DNA of 64,000 nucleotides from Candidatus Desulfarcum epimagneticum (lineage in GTDB: Bacteria > Desulfobacterota > Desulfobacteria > Desulfobacterales > CR-1): positions 17,781 to 81,780 of the forward strand of contig CAACVI010000051.1 in NCBI GenBank assembly GCA_900659855.1, in the 5' to 3' direction. The translations under genes were made by a program, and so were the position numbers. Below are positions 47,102 to 57,346 of the stretch, piece by piece. How positions within the stretch are numbered: the first letter of the stretch is position 1; each line of letters begins with the position of its first letter. The notes beneath the pieces were generated by a model. That model was given only the letters and a program-made list of their open reading frames with translations, was not told where the DNA came from and did no database searches.

Positions 47102-47875
47102 ATGAAAGACATACAAAACCAGCGGGACCACCGGAACATCCCCATCGACAAGGTGGGGATCAAAAACATTCGCTACCCCATCAAGGTGCTGGACCGGAAA
47201 AACCGGGTCCAGCACACGGTGGCGTCGGTCAACATGTACGTGGACCTGCCCCATAAGACCAAGGGGACCCACATGAGCCGGTTTGTGGAGATCCTCAACC
47301 TGATCAAATCCGAGGTCTCCCTGCAGAACATCTCGGCGGCCCTGGACCAGATGAAGACCCATCTCAAGGCCAGGTCCGCGCACATCGAGCTGACCTTTCC
47401 CTATTTCATTGAAAAAAAAGCCCCGGTGAGCGGATCCCCGGGCCTGATGGATTACCTGTGCCGCATCGAGGGCTCCAGCGATCCCGACGGAAAGTTGGAC
47501 ATCATTTCAGAAGTCCGGGCGCCCATCTCCTCGGTGTGCCCGTGCTCCAAGGAGATCAGCGACGCCGGCGCCCACAACCAGCGGGGAGAGGCGCGTTTGC
47601 GGATACGGTTCAAAAAATTTATCTGGATCGAGGACATGATCGAGCTGGTGGAGTCTTCCTCCTCCTGCGAGGTGTTTTCGGTTTTGAAGCGCGTGGATGA
47701 AAAGGAAGTGACTGAAAAAGGCTACGAAAACCCCAAATTTGTGGAGGACATCGTCCGGGACATCGCTGAAAAAATCAAAGACGACGAAAACATCACCTGG
47801 TTTTCCGTGAGCGCCGAAAACTTTGAGTCCATCCACAACCACAGCGCCTACGCCCACATCTGCGGCGGGAGATAA
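47102..47875 (+). CDS. folE2: GTP cyclohydrolase FolE2/MptA family
   Basis: MKDIQNQRDHRNIPIDKVGIKNIRYPI, HMSRF and SVCPCSKEIS are typical of type IB GTP cyclohydrolase. Confidence 0.88.
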   Translation: MKDIQNQRDHRNIPIDKVGIKNIRYPIKVLDRKNRVQHTVASVNMYVDLPHKTKGTHMSRFVEILNLIKSEVSLQNISAALDQMKTHLKARSAHIELTFPYFIEKKAPVSGSPGLMDYLCRIEGSSDPDGKLDIISEVRAPISSVCPCSKEISDAGAHNQRGEARLRIRFKKFIWIEDMIELVESSSSCEVFSVLKRVDEKEVTEKGYENPKFVEDIVRDIAEKIKDDENITWFSVSAENFESIHNHSAYAHICGGR

Positions 47876-47954
47876 ACGCTGCGCCTTGTGGCTTAAATTT
47901 TAGCATATCGAATTTTTATCTTAGCCATCCCAAGGTTTTTTACGAGTTTATCAA
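47876..47954. repeat. IPR family copy 5 (add-on modules only)
   Basis: CGCCTTGTGGCTTAAATTTTAGCATATCGAATTTTTATCTTAGCCATCCCAAGGTTTTTTACGAGTTTATCAA is about 90% identical to the reverse complement of 17518-17590. Confidence 0.8.
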
Positions 47955-48046
47955 CCGTAAGGGCGCTCGCATTATTCATTTTATCCTGTTTGATTCCCAA
48001 AATGGTGGGAATAAAATCTAAATTTTTAATTTCAGGAGGAGAAAAA

Positions 48047-49141
48047 ATGAGTAATCCCATCTTGTTTGAGCCTGTCCGTTCCAAAGCGTTTGAGTTCAAG
48101 AACCGAATCGCCCTGGCGCCCATGACCCGGGCCAGGGCCGGGGAAAGCCGCGTTCCCAACGACCTCATGGCCCGGTACTACCACCAGCGCTCCGGCGCCG
48201 GGCTGATGGTCACAGAGGCCACCGTGGTCTCGGAAAAGGGCCTGGGATGGGTGGATTCCCCCGGCATATACACCGATGAGATGGTCGAGGGGTGGCGCAA
48301 AACCACGGAAAAAATCGCCCCCGCAGGCGCCCGGATTTTTCTCCAGCTCTGGCATTGCGGCCGGGCCTCCCACAGCGATTTTTTCAACGGCGCGCCGCCG
48401 GTCTCGGCCTCGGCCGTGAAGCTCAACGGCGACTTTGTCCGAACCCCCTTTGGCGAAAAACCCTACGAGACCCCCAGGCCCCTTTCCGAAAAGGAAATCA
48501 AAGACACGGTGGCCGATTATCGAAAAGCCGCTGAAAACGCCAAAAAGGCGGGGTTTGACGGCGTGGAGGTTCACGGGGCCAACGGGTACCTCATCAACCA
48601 GTTCCTGGATTCCAAAACCAACCTCCGGCAGGACCGTTACGGCGGAAGCGTTCAGAACCGGTTCCGGTTTTTCAAAGAGATCCTGGACGCGGCCCTCGAT
48701 GTCTGGGGGCCCGGCCGGGTGGGCGCCCGTATTTCCCCCAACGGGGTGTTCAACGACATGGGCGGCGACGATTTCAGGGAAACCTACCTGCACGCGGCCC
48801 GTGAGATGGACGCGCTGGACCTGGCGTATCTTCACATCATGGACGGTCTGGCGTTTGGTTTCCATGAAAAGGGCGAGCCCATGACCCTGGAGGAATTCCG
48901 GGCCGTTTACAGCGGTCTCATCGTGGCCAACTGCGGCTATGACCGGAAATCCGCCGAAGAGGCCGTCTCGGCGGGCAGGGCGGATATGGTGGCCTTCGGC
49001 CGCCCCTTTATCTCCAACCCCGACCTGCCCGAGCGGTTTAAAAATAATTGGCCCTTGACCCCCTGGGACGACATGTCCGGGTGGTATTCCCCGGGCCCTG
49101 GGGGCTACGCCGATTACGAGCCCTTTGACCCGTCCGCCTGA
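48047..49141 (+). CDS. Old Yellow Enzyme family NADH:flavin oxidoreductase
   Basis: Start at MSNPILFEP after GGAGGAG. LAPMTRAR and HGANGYLINQFL motifs. Confidence 0.9.
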   Translation: MSNPILFEPVRSKAFEFKNRIALAPMTRARAGESRVPNDLMARYYHQRSGAGLMVTEATVVSEKGLGWVDSPGIYTDEMVEGWRKTTEKIAPAGARIFLQLWHCGRASHSDFFNGAPPVSASAVKLNGDFVRTPFGEKPYETPRPLSEKEIKDTVADYRKAAENAKKAGFDGVEVHGANGYLINQFLDSKTNLRQDRYGGSVQNRFRFFKEILDAALDVWGPGRVGARISPNGVFNDMGGDDFRETYLHAAREMDALDLAYLHIMDGLAFGFHEKGEPMTLEEFRAVYSGLIVANCGYDRKSAEEAVSAGRADMVAFGRPFISNPDLPERFKNNWPLTPWDDMSGWYSPGPGGYADYEPFDPSA

Positions 49142-49200
49142 GAACTCGCTCAAAAAAACGCCCGGCGGATGACTCGCCCGAAAAGAGAAAGGAGGATAAA

Positions 49201-50229
49201 ATGACGGATTTATCAACTCAGTACCTTGGAATGGAATTGCGCAATCCCCTCATCGCGGGAAGCTCGGGATTGACCGGAAGCCTTGAAAAGGTGAAAAAAA
49301 TGGAGGAAAGCGGCGCGGGCGCCGTGGTCCTGAAATCCATTTTTGAAGAGGAGATCGCCTATGAATACAGCGATTTCATTGAAAAGGCCGCCAAATCCGG
49401 CCCGGCTCCCACCCATTTTGAATACGAGGGGCGGCAAAATCCCATTGAGTATTACGACTATAAAATCCGGGAGGACAATTTAAACCGCTATGTCCAGCTC
49501 GTTGAGGACACCCAAAAGGCGCTTTCCGTCCCGGTGATCGCCAGCGTCAACTGCTATCTCCACTCCGCCGACTGGGTCTCCTACGCCCGGTATCTGGAGC
49601 AGGCCGGGGCCGACGCCATCGAGCTGAACATGTTTTTTCCGCCCACCCATTTCAAACGGGAAAAGCGGGACATGGAGCGGCTGTACTTCGAGGTGACGGA
49701 CAAAATTTTAAAGGAGGTCTCCATCCCGGCGGCGCTGAAAATCAGCCATTATTTCACAGATCTGGGTCCCATGATCCTGAAACTGTCCCGGACGGGCGTC
49801 AAGGGGCTCGTGCTGTTCAACCGGTTTTTCAGCCCGGATTTCGACATTGAGGAATTCAAAGTCATTCCCTCGTTTGTCTTAAGCGATCCTTCCGAGCTGG
49901 CCATTTCCTTGAGGTGGATGTCCATCATGGCCCAAAAGGTCGAGTGCGACCTGGCCGCCTCCACCGGGGTCCATGACGGAGACGCGCTCATCAAACACCT
50001 CCTGGCCGGCGCCGCCGCCGTTCAGGTCGCCTCCTGCCTGTACAAAAACGGCCCGGAATATATCGGGAATATGCTGGAGCATTTAAGAGGGTGGATGGTG
50101 CGGAAAGGCTTTTCCCGGCTGTCTGATTTCAAAGGAAAAATGAGCCAGGACAAAAGCGCGGACCCGGCCGTGTACGAACGGGTCCAGTTCATGAAATATT
50201 TCGGCGGCAAGAAAAACGTCCGGGTTTGA
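49201..50229 (+). CDS. dihydroorotate dehydrogenase-like TIM-barrel flavoprotein
   Basis: LRNPLIAGSSGLT...VLKSI... and a class-1 DHOD-like pattern across 342 aa. Confidence 0.75.
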   Translation: MTDLSTQYLGMELRNPLIAGSSGLTGSLEKVKKMEESGAGAVVLKSIFEEEIAYEYSDFIEKAAKSGPAPTHFEYEGRQNPIEYYDYKIREDNLNRYVQLVEDTQKALSVPVIASVNCYLHSADWVSYARYLEQAGADAIELNMFFPPTHFKREKRDMERLYFEVTDKILKEVSIPAALKISHYFTDLGPMILKLSRTGVKGLVLFNRFFSPDFDIEEFKVIPSFVLSDPSELAISLRWMSIMAQKVECDLAASTGVHDGDALIKHLLAGAAAVQVASCLYKNGPEYIGNMLEHLRGWMVRKGFSRLSDFKGKMSQDKSADPAVYERVQFMKYFGGKKNVRV

Positions 50230-50270
50230 CGGCGCCCGGTGTCGCGGACCCGGCATTGTCCGGCGATTTG

Positions 50271-50333
50271 GTGGCGACCGAAATCGCGGGTGGCGACCGA
50301 AATCGAGGGGGGCGACCGGCCGGTCGCCCCTAC
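50271..50333. repeat. REP-B hairpin (inverted, GTAG on minus strand) preceded by two 19-nt half-arm iterations
   Basis: gtggcgaccgaaatcgcgg / gtggcgaccgaaatcgagg / GGGGCGACCGGCCGGTCGCCCCTAC (50309-50333). Confidence 0.85.
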
Positions 50334-50503
50334 ATGCGTATCGCATGGGCGCTGGGATGTTCCCGGTCCAAATCCCAATTTTTCGGATTGTTGATGATGT
50401 GTCGCTGGGTATTGTGAAATTCGGCGTTTCGCCGCATCCGTTTTGGCGTCCCGATTTTAAATCCGCGAATAACGGACCCGATGGTTTTGGGACGCGGACC
50501 CGG
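50330..50503 (-). pseudogene. RAYT C-terminal fragment (internally deleted, lacks the catalytic Tyr segment)
   Basis: PGPRPKTIGSVIRGFK...[16 protein letters not shown] aligns with RAYT-2 [16 protein letters not shown]...[28 protein letters not shown] is missing and there is no HUH half. Bounded on both sides by REP-B hairpins. Confidence 0.8.
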
Positions 50504-50508
50504 CCATT

Positions 50509-50604
50509 GTAGGGGCGACCGGCCGGTCGCCCTTTGTGTCAGGCCGGTCGCCCTTTGTGTCAGGCCGGTCGCCCTTTGTGTCAGGCCGGTCGCCCTTTGT
50601 GTCA
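50509..50604. repeat. REP-B hairpin followed by 4 x 21-bp tandem half-REP array
   Basis: GTAGGGGCGACCGGCCGGTCGCCC, then ggccggtcgccctttgtgtca repeated four times (50521-50604). The last unit contains the hsdR stop codon (50602-50604). Confidence 0.92.
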
Positions 50605-53600
50605 GGCCGCCGCCCACTCTTTACAAAGAACTTCCGCCTGCTCCAGAACGGTTTGGGTCGCTTTTTCCTGTTTGTCCGGGGGGTACCCATATTTACGCAG
50701 AATCCGTTTCACGATCACGCGGATCTGGGCGCGGGCGTTTTTTCGGACAGTCCAGTCTACCGTCACGCTCCGTCGAACCGCTTCGACCAATTCGTGGGCA
50801 ATCGTTTTGAGTGTCTCATCCCCCAGAACTTTAACGGCGCTGTCGTTGACTTCCAGCGCGTCGTAGAAGGCGGTTTCGTCGTCGGTCATGCCGAGATCAT
50901 CGCCCCGCCGTTGAGCCTCGAGCATCTCTTTTGCCAATTTGATTAATTCCTCGATGACCTGCGCGGCCTCAATTGAGCGGTTCCGGTACTTCCGTATGGC
51001 CTTTTCCAGCATCTCCGAAAAGGAGCGCGCCTGAACGACGTTTTTGCGGGAGTTTGTCTTGATTTCATCGTTCAGGAGTTTTCTCAGCAGTTCCACAGCG
51101 AGGTTCCGGTGTGGAAGCCGCCGCGCCTCCTGCAGGAAGTCGTCAGAAAGAATTGAGATATCGGGTTTCTTCAGGCCCGCCGAGGCAAAAATATCGACGA
51201 CCTCTTCAGGCGCCACCGCTCTCGACACCAACTGGCGGATCGCGGTGTCCATCTCTTCAGGGGTTTTTCCCTCGCCTCCTACGGTGTTTTTGGCCAACCC
51301 GGCGCGAACTTCCTGGAAAAATCCCACTTCATCGCGAATCTTCAGGGCCTCTTCATGCGGGACAGCGAGGGCAAATGCCTTCGACAGCGCCGTGACCTCT
51401 GTCAGATATCGCTTTTTTCCATCCACCAGCTGAAGGATATGTTCCATAGCGGCCGCGATGCCGTTGATACGCTTCGCTGGTTCCGCTTTGAGAATTGAGG
51501 GGTAATCGAAACCGTGAAACATGGAAACGAGGACCTCGAACTTTTCCAGCAGCACAGCGACCGCCTCTTCCTGGTTGACTGCGGCCTCGCCGCGACCGCC
51601 CGCTTCGGTATAGTCCGCAAGAGCTCCTTTTAGCTGATCCGCAATGCCGAGATAGTCAACGATCAATCCGCCCGGCTTGTCTTTGAACACCCGGTTGACC
51701 CGGGCTATCGCCTGCATCAGGCCGTGCCCTCGCATCGGCTTATCCACGTACATTGTGTGCAGCGACGGGCAGTCGAATCCGGTCAACCACATATCCCGCA
51801 CGATCACCATCTTCATTGGATCGGCCGGGTCTTTGAACCTCTTGGCCAGGGCCTCGCGTCTCGGCTTGCTGCGAATATGAGGCTGCCATTCAGATCGGTC
51901 CGAGGCGGAGCCGGACATGACGATCTTCAGCGCGCCTTTGCCGTCGTCATCGCTATGCCAACCGGGCCGCAGGGGCGGATTATTATCCGTTCCCACACAG
52001 ATTGCGTTGTAAATATCCACGCATATTCGACGACTCATGCAGATAACCATGGCCTTGCCGTCTAAGGCCTGCAGGCGTCCTTCAAAATGGGTGACGAGAT
52101 CTTCCGCAACGAGGGCGATTCGCTTTTCCGCGCCGACCATCGCTTCAAGGGCGGCCCACCTGGCGCGTAGTTTCTGCTTATCCGCCTCTTCTTCGCCTTC
52201 TGTGATTTCCTCGAATTCAGGATCGATTTTCGGTTTTTCATCTTCTTTCAAATCAACCTTCGCCAGTCTGCCTTCATAAAAAATGGGAACCGTGGCGCCG
52301 TCCTCGACCGCCCGCAGGATGTCGTATCTGTCAATGTAGTCGCCAAAGACAGCGGGCGTGCTGCGGTCATCTCGCTCAATGGGCGTGCCCGTGAATCCTA
52401 TGAAAGAGGCGTTCGGAAGGGCGTCATGCATGTGGCGCGCAAATCCGTCGATGAAGTCGTACTGGCTCCGGTGCGCTTCATCGGCAATGACCACGATATT
52501 GCGCCGGGCGGACAACTCGGGATATCCCAGGCCCCCGGCGTCGGGCAGGAACTTCTGAATCGTCGTGAAAACAACCCCGCCGGCGGGGACCTGAAGCAGC
52601 GCTTTCAAATGCTCCCGGTTTTCAGCCTGAACGGGTGTTTGCCGCAAAAGATCCTGACAGGATGAAAACGTGCCGAAAAGCTGGTCATCCAGATCATTTC
52701 TGTCGGTGATCATCAGCAGCGTGGGGTTTTTCATGGCCGGGTGGCGAATGACCTTTCCGGCGAAAAACGCCATTAACAGACTTTTTCCGCTTCCCTGGGT
52801 ATGCCAGATCACCCCGATTCGACGGTCGTCAAAGTGGTCGGATCCCGAGCCATAAGCGGCCTGCGGATCGCGGACCATAAATGGATTGCGCTCGTCATGC
52901 TCCGGGAAGCGGGCATACAGCATGTTGGGCTCCGCATCGACGCCGCATGCCGACAAGGAGCGTTCAACCGCTTTGTTCACGGCATGGAACTGGTGATAGG
53001 CCGCCGCTTTTTTGGAGATAACGGCCCCGTCGTCGTCAAACACGATGAAATTCAACACAAGGTCGAGGAAACGCCGCTTTTCGAAGACTCCCCTCAGCAG
53101 TGTTTCAAGTTCCGCAGAGCCTTTCAGGGCGACTTCTTTGCCGTCAATCGCGCGCCATGGCATGAAGCGGTCCCAGCCGCTTGTGAGCGTTCCGATTCGG
53201 GCTTTCAGGCCGTCGGAAATGACAAGCATCTCGTTATGGATGAAGAGGCCGGAAATATCGCTTTTGTACGTCTGAAGCTGATTAAAGGCGTGACGAATGG
53301 TCGCCTTTTCATTCGTCGGATTTTTGAGTTCGATCACGCCCAGGGGCAGTCCATTGACAAAAACCACCATATCGGGCCGCCGGGTTCTGCGATCCTCGAT
53401 GACGGTAAATTGATTGACGACGAGCCAATCATTGTTCTCCAGCTTTTCAAGATCAAGCGGCCATACCTTGTCGTGGACCTCTCCGTCCTGACGCATATAG
53501 GAGATATCCACACCATCGGTCAGCATTCGATGAAAACGCCGGTTGTTCTCGATCAGGCTCGGCGAATCGGCCCGCGCTATTTTCCGGACTGCCTCTTCAA

Positions 53601-53799
53601 TGGAATCCGGCGGGATGTCCGGGTTGATGTTCTCCAGGGCGGTTTGAAGCCTTCCGACCAAAACGACCTGATCGTAATCGTCGCGTTCCCGCGCCGGGCT
53701 GTCCGGGCTGATGTCCGGGCCGAAGGCCGTGGCCCAGCCCAGGGAGGAAAACCAGTCAAGGGCGGTTTGTTCCAGTGTGTTTTCGTTGATTTGGGTCAT
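50602..53799 (-). CDS. hsdR: type I restriction enzyme R subunit
   Basis: 1065 aa. N-terminal nuclease region and SF2 motifs (TQGSGKS, DEAH box ADEAHRSQ). Confidence 0.95.
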   Translation of the reverse strand: MTQINENTLEQTALDWFSSLGWATAFGPDISPDSPARERDDYDQVVLVGRLQTALENINPDIPPDSIEEAVRKIARADSPSLIENNRRFHRMLTDGVDISYMRQDGEVHDKVWPLDLEKLENNDWLVVNQFTVIEDRRTRRPDMVVFVNGLPLGVIELKNPTNEKATIRHAFNQLQTYKSDISGLFIHNEMLVISDGLKARIGTLTSGWDRFMPWRAIDGKEVALKGSAELETLLRGVFEKRRFLDLVLNFIVFDDDGAVISKKAAAYHQFHAVNKAVERSLSACGVDAEPNMLYARFPEHDERNPFMVRDPQAAYGSGSDHFDDRRIGVIWHTQGSGKSLLMAFFAGKVIRHPAMKNPTLLMITDRNDLDDQLFGTFSSCQDLLRQTPVQAENREHLKALLQVPAGGVVFTTIQKFLPDAGGLGYPELSARRNIVVIADEAHRSQYDFIDGFARHMHDALPNASFIGFTGTPIERDDRSTPAVFGDYIDRYDILRAVEDGATVPIFYEGRLAKVDLKEDEKPKIDPEFEEITEGEEEADKQKLRARWAALEAMVGAEKRIALVAEDLVTHFEGRLQALDGKAMVICMSRRICVDIYNAICVGTDNNPPLRPGWHSDDDGKGALKIVMSGSASDRSEWQPHIRSKPRREALAKRFKDPADPMKMVIVRDMWLTGFDCPSLHTMYVDKPMRGHGLMQAIARVNRVFKDKPGGLIVDYLGIADQLKGALADYTEAGGRGEAAVNQEEAVAVLLEKFEVLVSMFHGFDYPSILKAEPAKRINGIAAAMEHILQLVDGKKRYLTEVTALSKAFALAVPHEEALKIRDEVGFFQEVRAGLAKNTVGGEGKTPEEMDTAIRQLVSRAVAPEEVVDIFASAGLKKPDISILSDDFLQEARRLPHRNLAVELLRKLLNDEIKTNSRKNVVQARSFSEMLEKAIRKYRNRSIEAAQVIEELIKLAKEMLEAQRRGDDLGMTDDETAFYDALEVNDSAVKVLGDETLKTIAHELVEAVRRSVTVDWTVRKNARAQIRVIVKRILRKYGYPPDKQEKATQTVLEQAEVLCKEWAAA

Positions 53800-54434
53800 G
53801 GCGCGGCGTCGTATGAAACAGAGGGTTCATGTGTCGCATGGGCGTCGGGATTTTCCCGGTCCAAATTCCAGTTTTTCGGATTGTTGATGATGTATCGCCG
53901 GATGCGGTTTAATTCGTTTTCGTTTCGGATGATGTGTTCGTAATAATTGCGCTGCCATAGTTTGCCGGGGGTGTTTCGGATTTGATTCACGCGTTTTGCG
54001 GCGGCCGATTTAAAACCGGCCAACAGCGCCCCTATGGATTTGGGGCGCGGACCCGGCGTTGCGGGAATGACCGGCGATTTGGGGAGGACCGGTATTGCGG
54101 GGGCGACCGGAATTGCGGGGGCGAATGTTGATTTGGGGGCGACCGGCCGGTCGCCCCTACCAGGACCATTGATCATGATGATTCCGTGAATGTGATTTGG
54201 CATGACCACCCATTCATCCAGTTCGATTTCATCCCGAATTTCACCGGATTTGACCCATTCGTCCGCGACAATTTCCCCGGCCTTATTCAGCGCCATGTTC
54301 CCGTCCGTGATTTCGCCGAACAGGCATTCCCGGCGGCGGGCGCAGACGGTGAGGAAATAGGCCCCGGCCTGTGAATAATCGTGTCCTTTCAGGCGGATCG
54401 ACCGGCGGTGATGGATATCGGGATTGTATTTCAT
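53796..54434 (-). CDS. REP-associated tyrosine transposase paralog (RAYT-2) embedded in the type I R-M operon
   Basis: [12 protein letters not shown] and Tyr motif [16 protein letters not shown] stop/start overlaps with hsdS (54431-54434) and hsdR (53796-53799). Confidence 0.88.
   Translation of the reverse strand: MKYNPDIHHRRSIRLKGHDYSQAGAYFLTVCARRRECLFGEITDGNMALNKAGEIVADEWVKSGEIRDEIELDEWVVMPNHIHGIIMINGPGRGDRPVAPKSTFAPAIPVAPAIPVLPKSPVIPATPGPRPKSIGALLAGFKSAAAKRVNQIRNTPGKLWQRNYYEHIIRNENELNRIRRYIINNPKNWNLDRENPDAHATHEPSVSYDAAP
54136..54160 (-). repeat. REP-B hairpin inside the RAYT-2 ORF (in frame)
   Basis: The coding strand reads GGT AGG GGC GAC CGG CCG GTC GCC CCC, translated as GRGDRPVAP. 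Three 18-nt half-arm iterations (54081-54134) encode the Pro-rich APAIPV repeats. Confidence 0.9.
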
Positions 54435-55642
54435 ATCCCGGCCTCTTTGATAAATTTCTTGGCATCCGGGACCCGCAGTTCGCCGGAAATGAGTTTGGGG
54501 AGAAGGGTGTCCCGGAGGGTTTTGAGTATTCCGTTTTCATTAGTGTTTCTATCAACTTGTTCATCGAAGGCGAATGTGATTTTTTCGAATTCGGCAATCA
54601 AATTTTCACTGGAAGAAAGCCAACGCAACCCCTCAAACTGTTTCTTATTGATGGCCCCAAATACTGTTCCTTCCGCCTCGAACCGAGCGAATCTATCGCT
54701 CAGAGTATGCATTGCATAGTATGTGTAAGAACGGCTACCTGACTTGTGGCGAATTCTGGAGACACCTCTTCCAACGCAGCATTGTTCCATAGCCATGTTG
54801 ATATCTCCAACTGGCGCGCGGACGCTGACTAAAGTGTCTCCATGATCGGCAAGTCGCTGTGGCGCCGTGCAATAGACCCTATTGGATGGATATCTAAAAC
54901 CAAAATCGCGACGTCCCTGAAAGAAGGGAAGTCCTTTTCCTGTTTCGTTATAGGTTTTCCCAGGTGGAGACTGGCCCATTGTCAGGTTAAAGTTAGAGGC
55001 AATAGTTGAGGGATTCCATCCCTTTGGAATCTCTTCCATTTCCGATTCCTCGAAACTGTCGGGAAAGAGCGAGGCGACCTCATCCGGCAAGCCCGTCGGG
55101 CGGCCTTCAGCTTTGGCGCGCGTCGGTTCGAAATCCACAAACCAGGACTTGAAGATAGCTCGGGCAGTGGCTTCCAGCGTCTGGTTCATCCGGCGGTTTA
55201 ATTCGATTTTGTCGTCGAGCGAGCCGAGGATGTGGGCTATGGTCTTTTGTTCAAATATGTTGGGTATCTCAATTTTTAATTCATGCACCGCATTTCGATT
55301 AAGACCAGGAACAGCGCTGTCTGCATTCATGTGTTCCAAATCAATTGATTTTAGTAAGTAATAAGTATAATTTAAGTCTCTGTTTTTATTTGATTTAACA
55401 TAAAATGATGTATCAATTGGCCAAAAAGGAGTTGGAGAATAATGAACGGCTCCAACGGTGCCTTTTCTTCCAACGATAATACCAGCATCATCTACTAAGG
55501 GTGTATCGTGAACTCCGACCAGACCGTTAGAACCATAAACATTAAATTTTCCTTCTGCGTTGCGTTTTTTTTGTGGAAGGCTTTTCCCATAAGCAAATGG
55601 GCAGAATTGTCCAATGGTTGTTACTCTCCATTCACTCCCCAT
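54431..55642 (-). CDS. hsdS: type I restriction enzyme specificity subunit
   Basis: Two target-recognition domains separated by conserved helices ([17 protein letters not shown]... and [14 protein letters not shown]). AT-richer than its neighbours. Start MGSEWRV overlaps the hsdM stop by 11 nt. Confidence 0.9.
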   Translation of the reverse strand: MGSEWRVTTIGQFCPFAYGKSLPQKKRNAEGKFNVYGSNGLVGVHDTPLVDDAGIIVGRKGTVGAVHYSPTPFWPIDTSFYVKSNKNRDLNYTYYLLKSIDLEHMNADSAVPGLNRNAVHELKIEIPNIFEQKTIAHILGSLDDKIELNRRMNQTLEATARAIFKSWFVDFEPTRAKAEGRPTGLPDEVASLFPDSFEESEMEEIPKGWNPSTIASNFNLTMGQSPPGKTYNETGKGLPFFQGRRDFGFRYPSNRVYCTAPQRLADHGDTLVSVRAPVGDINMAMEQCCVGRGVSRIRHKSGSRSYTYYAMHTLSDRFARFEAEGTVFGAINKKQFEGLRWLSSSENLIAEFEKITFAFDEQVDRNTNENGILKTLRDTLLPKLISGELRVPDAKKFIKEAGI

Positions 55643-57203
55643 AACCCAAAACCTCCAAATTCCTCTTAATGGCGGCTTCGAGCCGGTGAGATTGAGCGAA
55701 CTGCTCGCGCAGCGTCGTCGAGAGTTCGGCCATCTTTTTTTCGAATGGAACGCCGTCGTCCTCGATTGCAGCCGCCCCCACATAACGGCCCGGGGTCAGG
55801 ACATAGCCGTGTTCTTTGATTTCGTCGGCGCTGACGCTCTTGCAAAAGCCGGGCGCGTCCTTGTATTCGCCGGCGTCTTTCTCGCCCCGCCAGGCATGGT
55901 AGGTGGCGGCGATCTTGTCGATTTCTTCCTCAGAAAAATTTTTGTGTGTTCGATCAATGAGGGCGCCGAGTTTGCGCGCATCAATAAAAAGGGTGTGGCC
56001 GCGCCTTTCGCGTAGGGGCGACCGGCCGGTCGCCCCCACCCCGTTCTTCTTGTTCCGGGTCATAAACCAGAGGCACACCGGAATCTGCGTCGTGTAAAAG
56101 AGCTGGCCGGGCAAGGCGATCATGCAATCCACCAAATCCGCCTCGATGATGTTCTTTCGGATTTCTCCTTCGCTTTTGGCATTGGTGGACATGGATCCGT
56201 TTGCCATGACGAAACCGGCGACGCCGGCGGGAGCCAGATGATGGATGAAATGCTGAATCCAGGCATAGTTGGCGTTTTTCACCGGCGGGACGCCGTATTT
56301 CCAGCGGACGTCCTCACGCAGGCGTTCGCCGCCCCAGTCGCTCATGTTAAAGGGCGGATTGGCGAGGATGAAATCGGCGCGGAGGTCTTTGTGCCGGTCG
56401 TTGTGGAAACTGTCCGCATGCAGGCCGCCCAGGTCGGCGTCCAGCCCTCTGATGGCCATGTTCATCATGGCCAGCCGCCAGGTGGTGGAATTGGACTCCT
56501 GACCATAAATGGCGATGTCGCCCAGGCGTCCGCCGCGTTGTTCCACAAAACGCTCGCTCTGAACGAACATGCCACCCGAGCCGCAACACGGGTCATACAC
56601 GCGGCCCTTATAGGGCTCGATCATTCTGACAAGCAGTTTGACCACGCATTGAGGCGTGTAGAACTCGCCGCCGCCTTTGCCTTCCGCTGTGGCGAAGCGA
56701 CCAAGGAAATACTCGTACACGCGGCCCAGAATATCTTTTGACCTGGCTTCATCATCCCCGAGACCGATCTTGCTGATGATATCGATAAGCTCGCCCAACC
56801 GGTGTTTGTCCAGAGAAGGGCGCGCATAATCCTTGGGAAGAACGCCTTTAAGCGTTGGGTTCTCTTTTTCAATGGCCACCATCGCATCATCAACAAGTTT
56901 GCCGATGGTCGGCTGTCTGGCGTTGTCCTTCAGCGCCTTCCAGCGGGCCTCTCCCGGCACCCAGAAGATGTTGGCCGCCGCGTATTCGTCCCGGTCTTCC
57001 GGGTCGGTGTATTCCGTATCTTTCGTGGCCTCCAGGCGCTTGTGTTTGGCCTGGAAAGCGTCTGAGATGTATTTCAGAAAAATTAAACCGAGAACCACAT
57101 GTTTGTATTCGGAGGCGTCCATATGTCCTCTGAGCTTGTCCGCAACCGTCCACATCTGGTTCTCAAAGCCGAGATTGGCGCCGTTTCCTTTTTTTTTCGA
57201 CAT
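55632..57203 (-). CDS. hsdM: type I restriction enzyme methyltransferase subunit
   Basis: HsdM N-domain, motif [12 protein letters not shown] and motif [10 protein letters not shown]. Confidence 0.95.
   Translation of the reverse strand: MSKKKGNGANLGFENQMWTVADKLRGHMDASEYKHVVLGLIFLKYISDAFQAKHKRLEATKDTEYTDPEDRDEYAAANIFWVPGEARWKALKDNARQPTIGKLVDDAMVAIEKENPTLKGVLPKDYARPSLDKHRLGELIDIISKIGLGDDEARSKDILGRVYEYFLGRFATAEGKGGGEFYTPQCVVKLLVRMIEPYKGRVYDPCCGSGGMFVQSERFVEQRGGRLGDIAIYGQESNSTTWRLAMMNMAIRGLDADLGGLHADSFHNDRHKDLRADFILANPPFNMSDWGGERLREDVRWKYGVPPVKNANYAWIQHFIHHLAPAGVAGFVMANGSMSTNAKSEGEIRKNIIEADLVDCMIALPGQLFYTTQIPVCLWFMTRNKKNGVGATGRSPLRERRGHTLFIDARKLGALIDRTHKNFSEEEIDKIAATYHAWRGEKDAGEYKDAPGFCKSVSADEIKEHGYVLTPGRYVGAAAIEDDGVPFEKKMAELSTTLREQFAQSHRLEAAIKRNLEVLGYGE
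56012..56036 (+). repeat. REP-B hairpin inside the hsdM ORF (opposite orientation, in frame)
   Basis: GTAGGGGCGACCGGCCGGTCGCCCC on the plus strand. Read on the minus strand as ...[13 protein letters not shown]... between TRNKK and [11 protein letters not shown]. Confidence 0.9.
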
Positions 57204-57346
57204 GTGTTCCTTTCATGTATTTTGACATCCGACATGGCCGCTTTTAAACCGCATTCCATATTAAATTTAAATATTTATGAAATGGAACATTATCAAAAAA
57301 ACATGGAATGTCAATCATTTCCCTGTTTTTTCCATAAACGGGCGCA

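Noticed and set aside
48032-49216. 394-aa ORF on the minus strand
   Set aside because: It is antisense to the Old Yellow Enzyme gene, which has clear FMN-oxidoreductase motifs.
50481-50946. ORFs encoding RPVALCV / GRSPFVS peptide repeats
   Set aside because: They are translations of the 21-bp tandem half-REP array and of the antisense of the hsdR 3' end.
52801-53943. 380-aa ORF on the plus strand
   Set aside because: It is antisense to hsdR and RAYT-2, and both minus-strand genes have strong family signatures.
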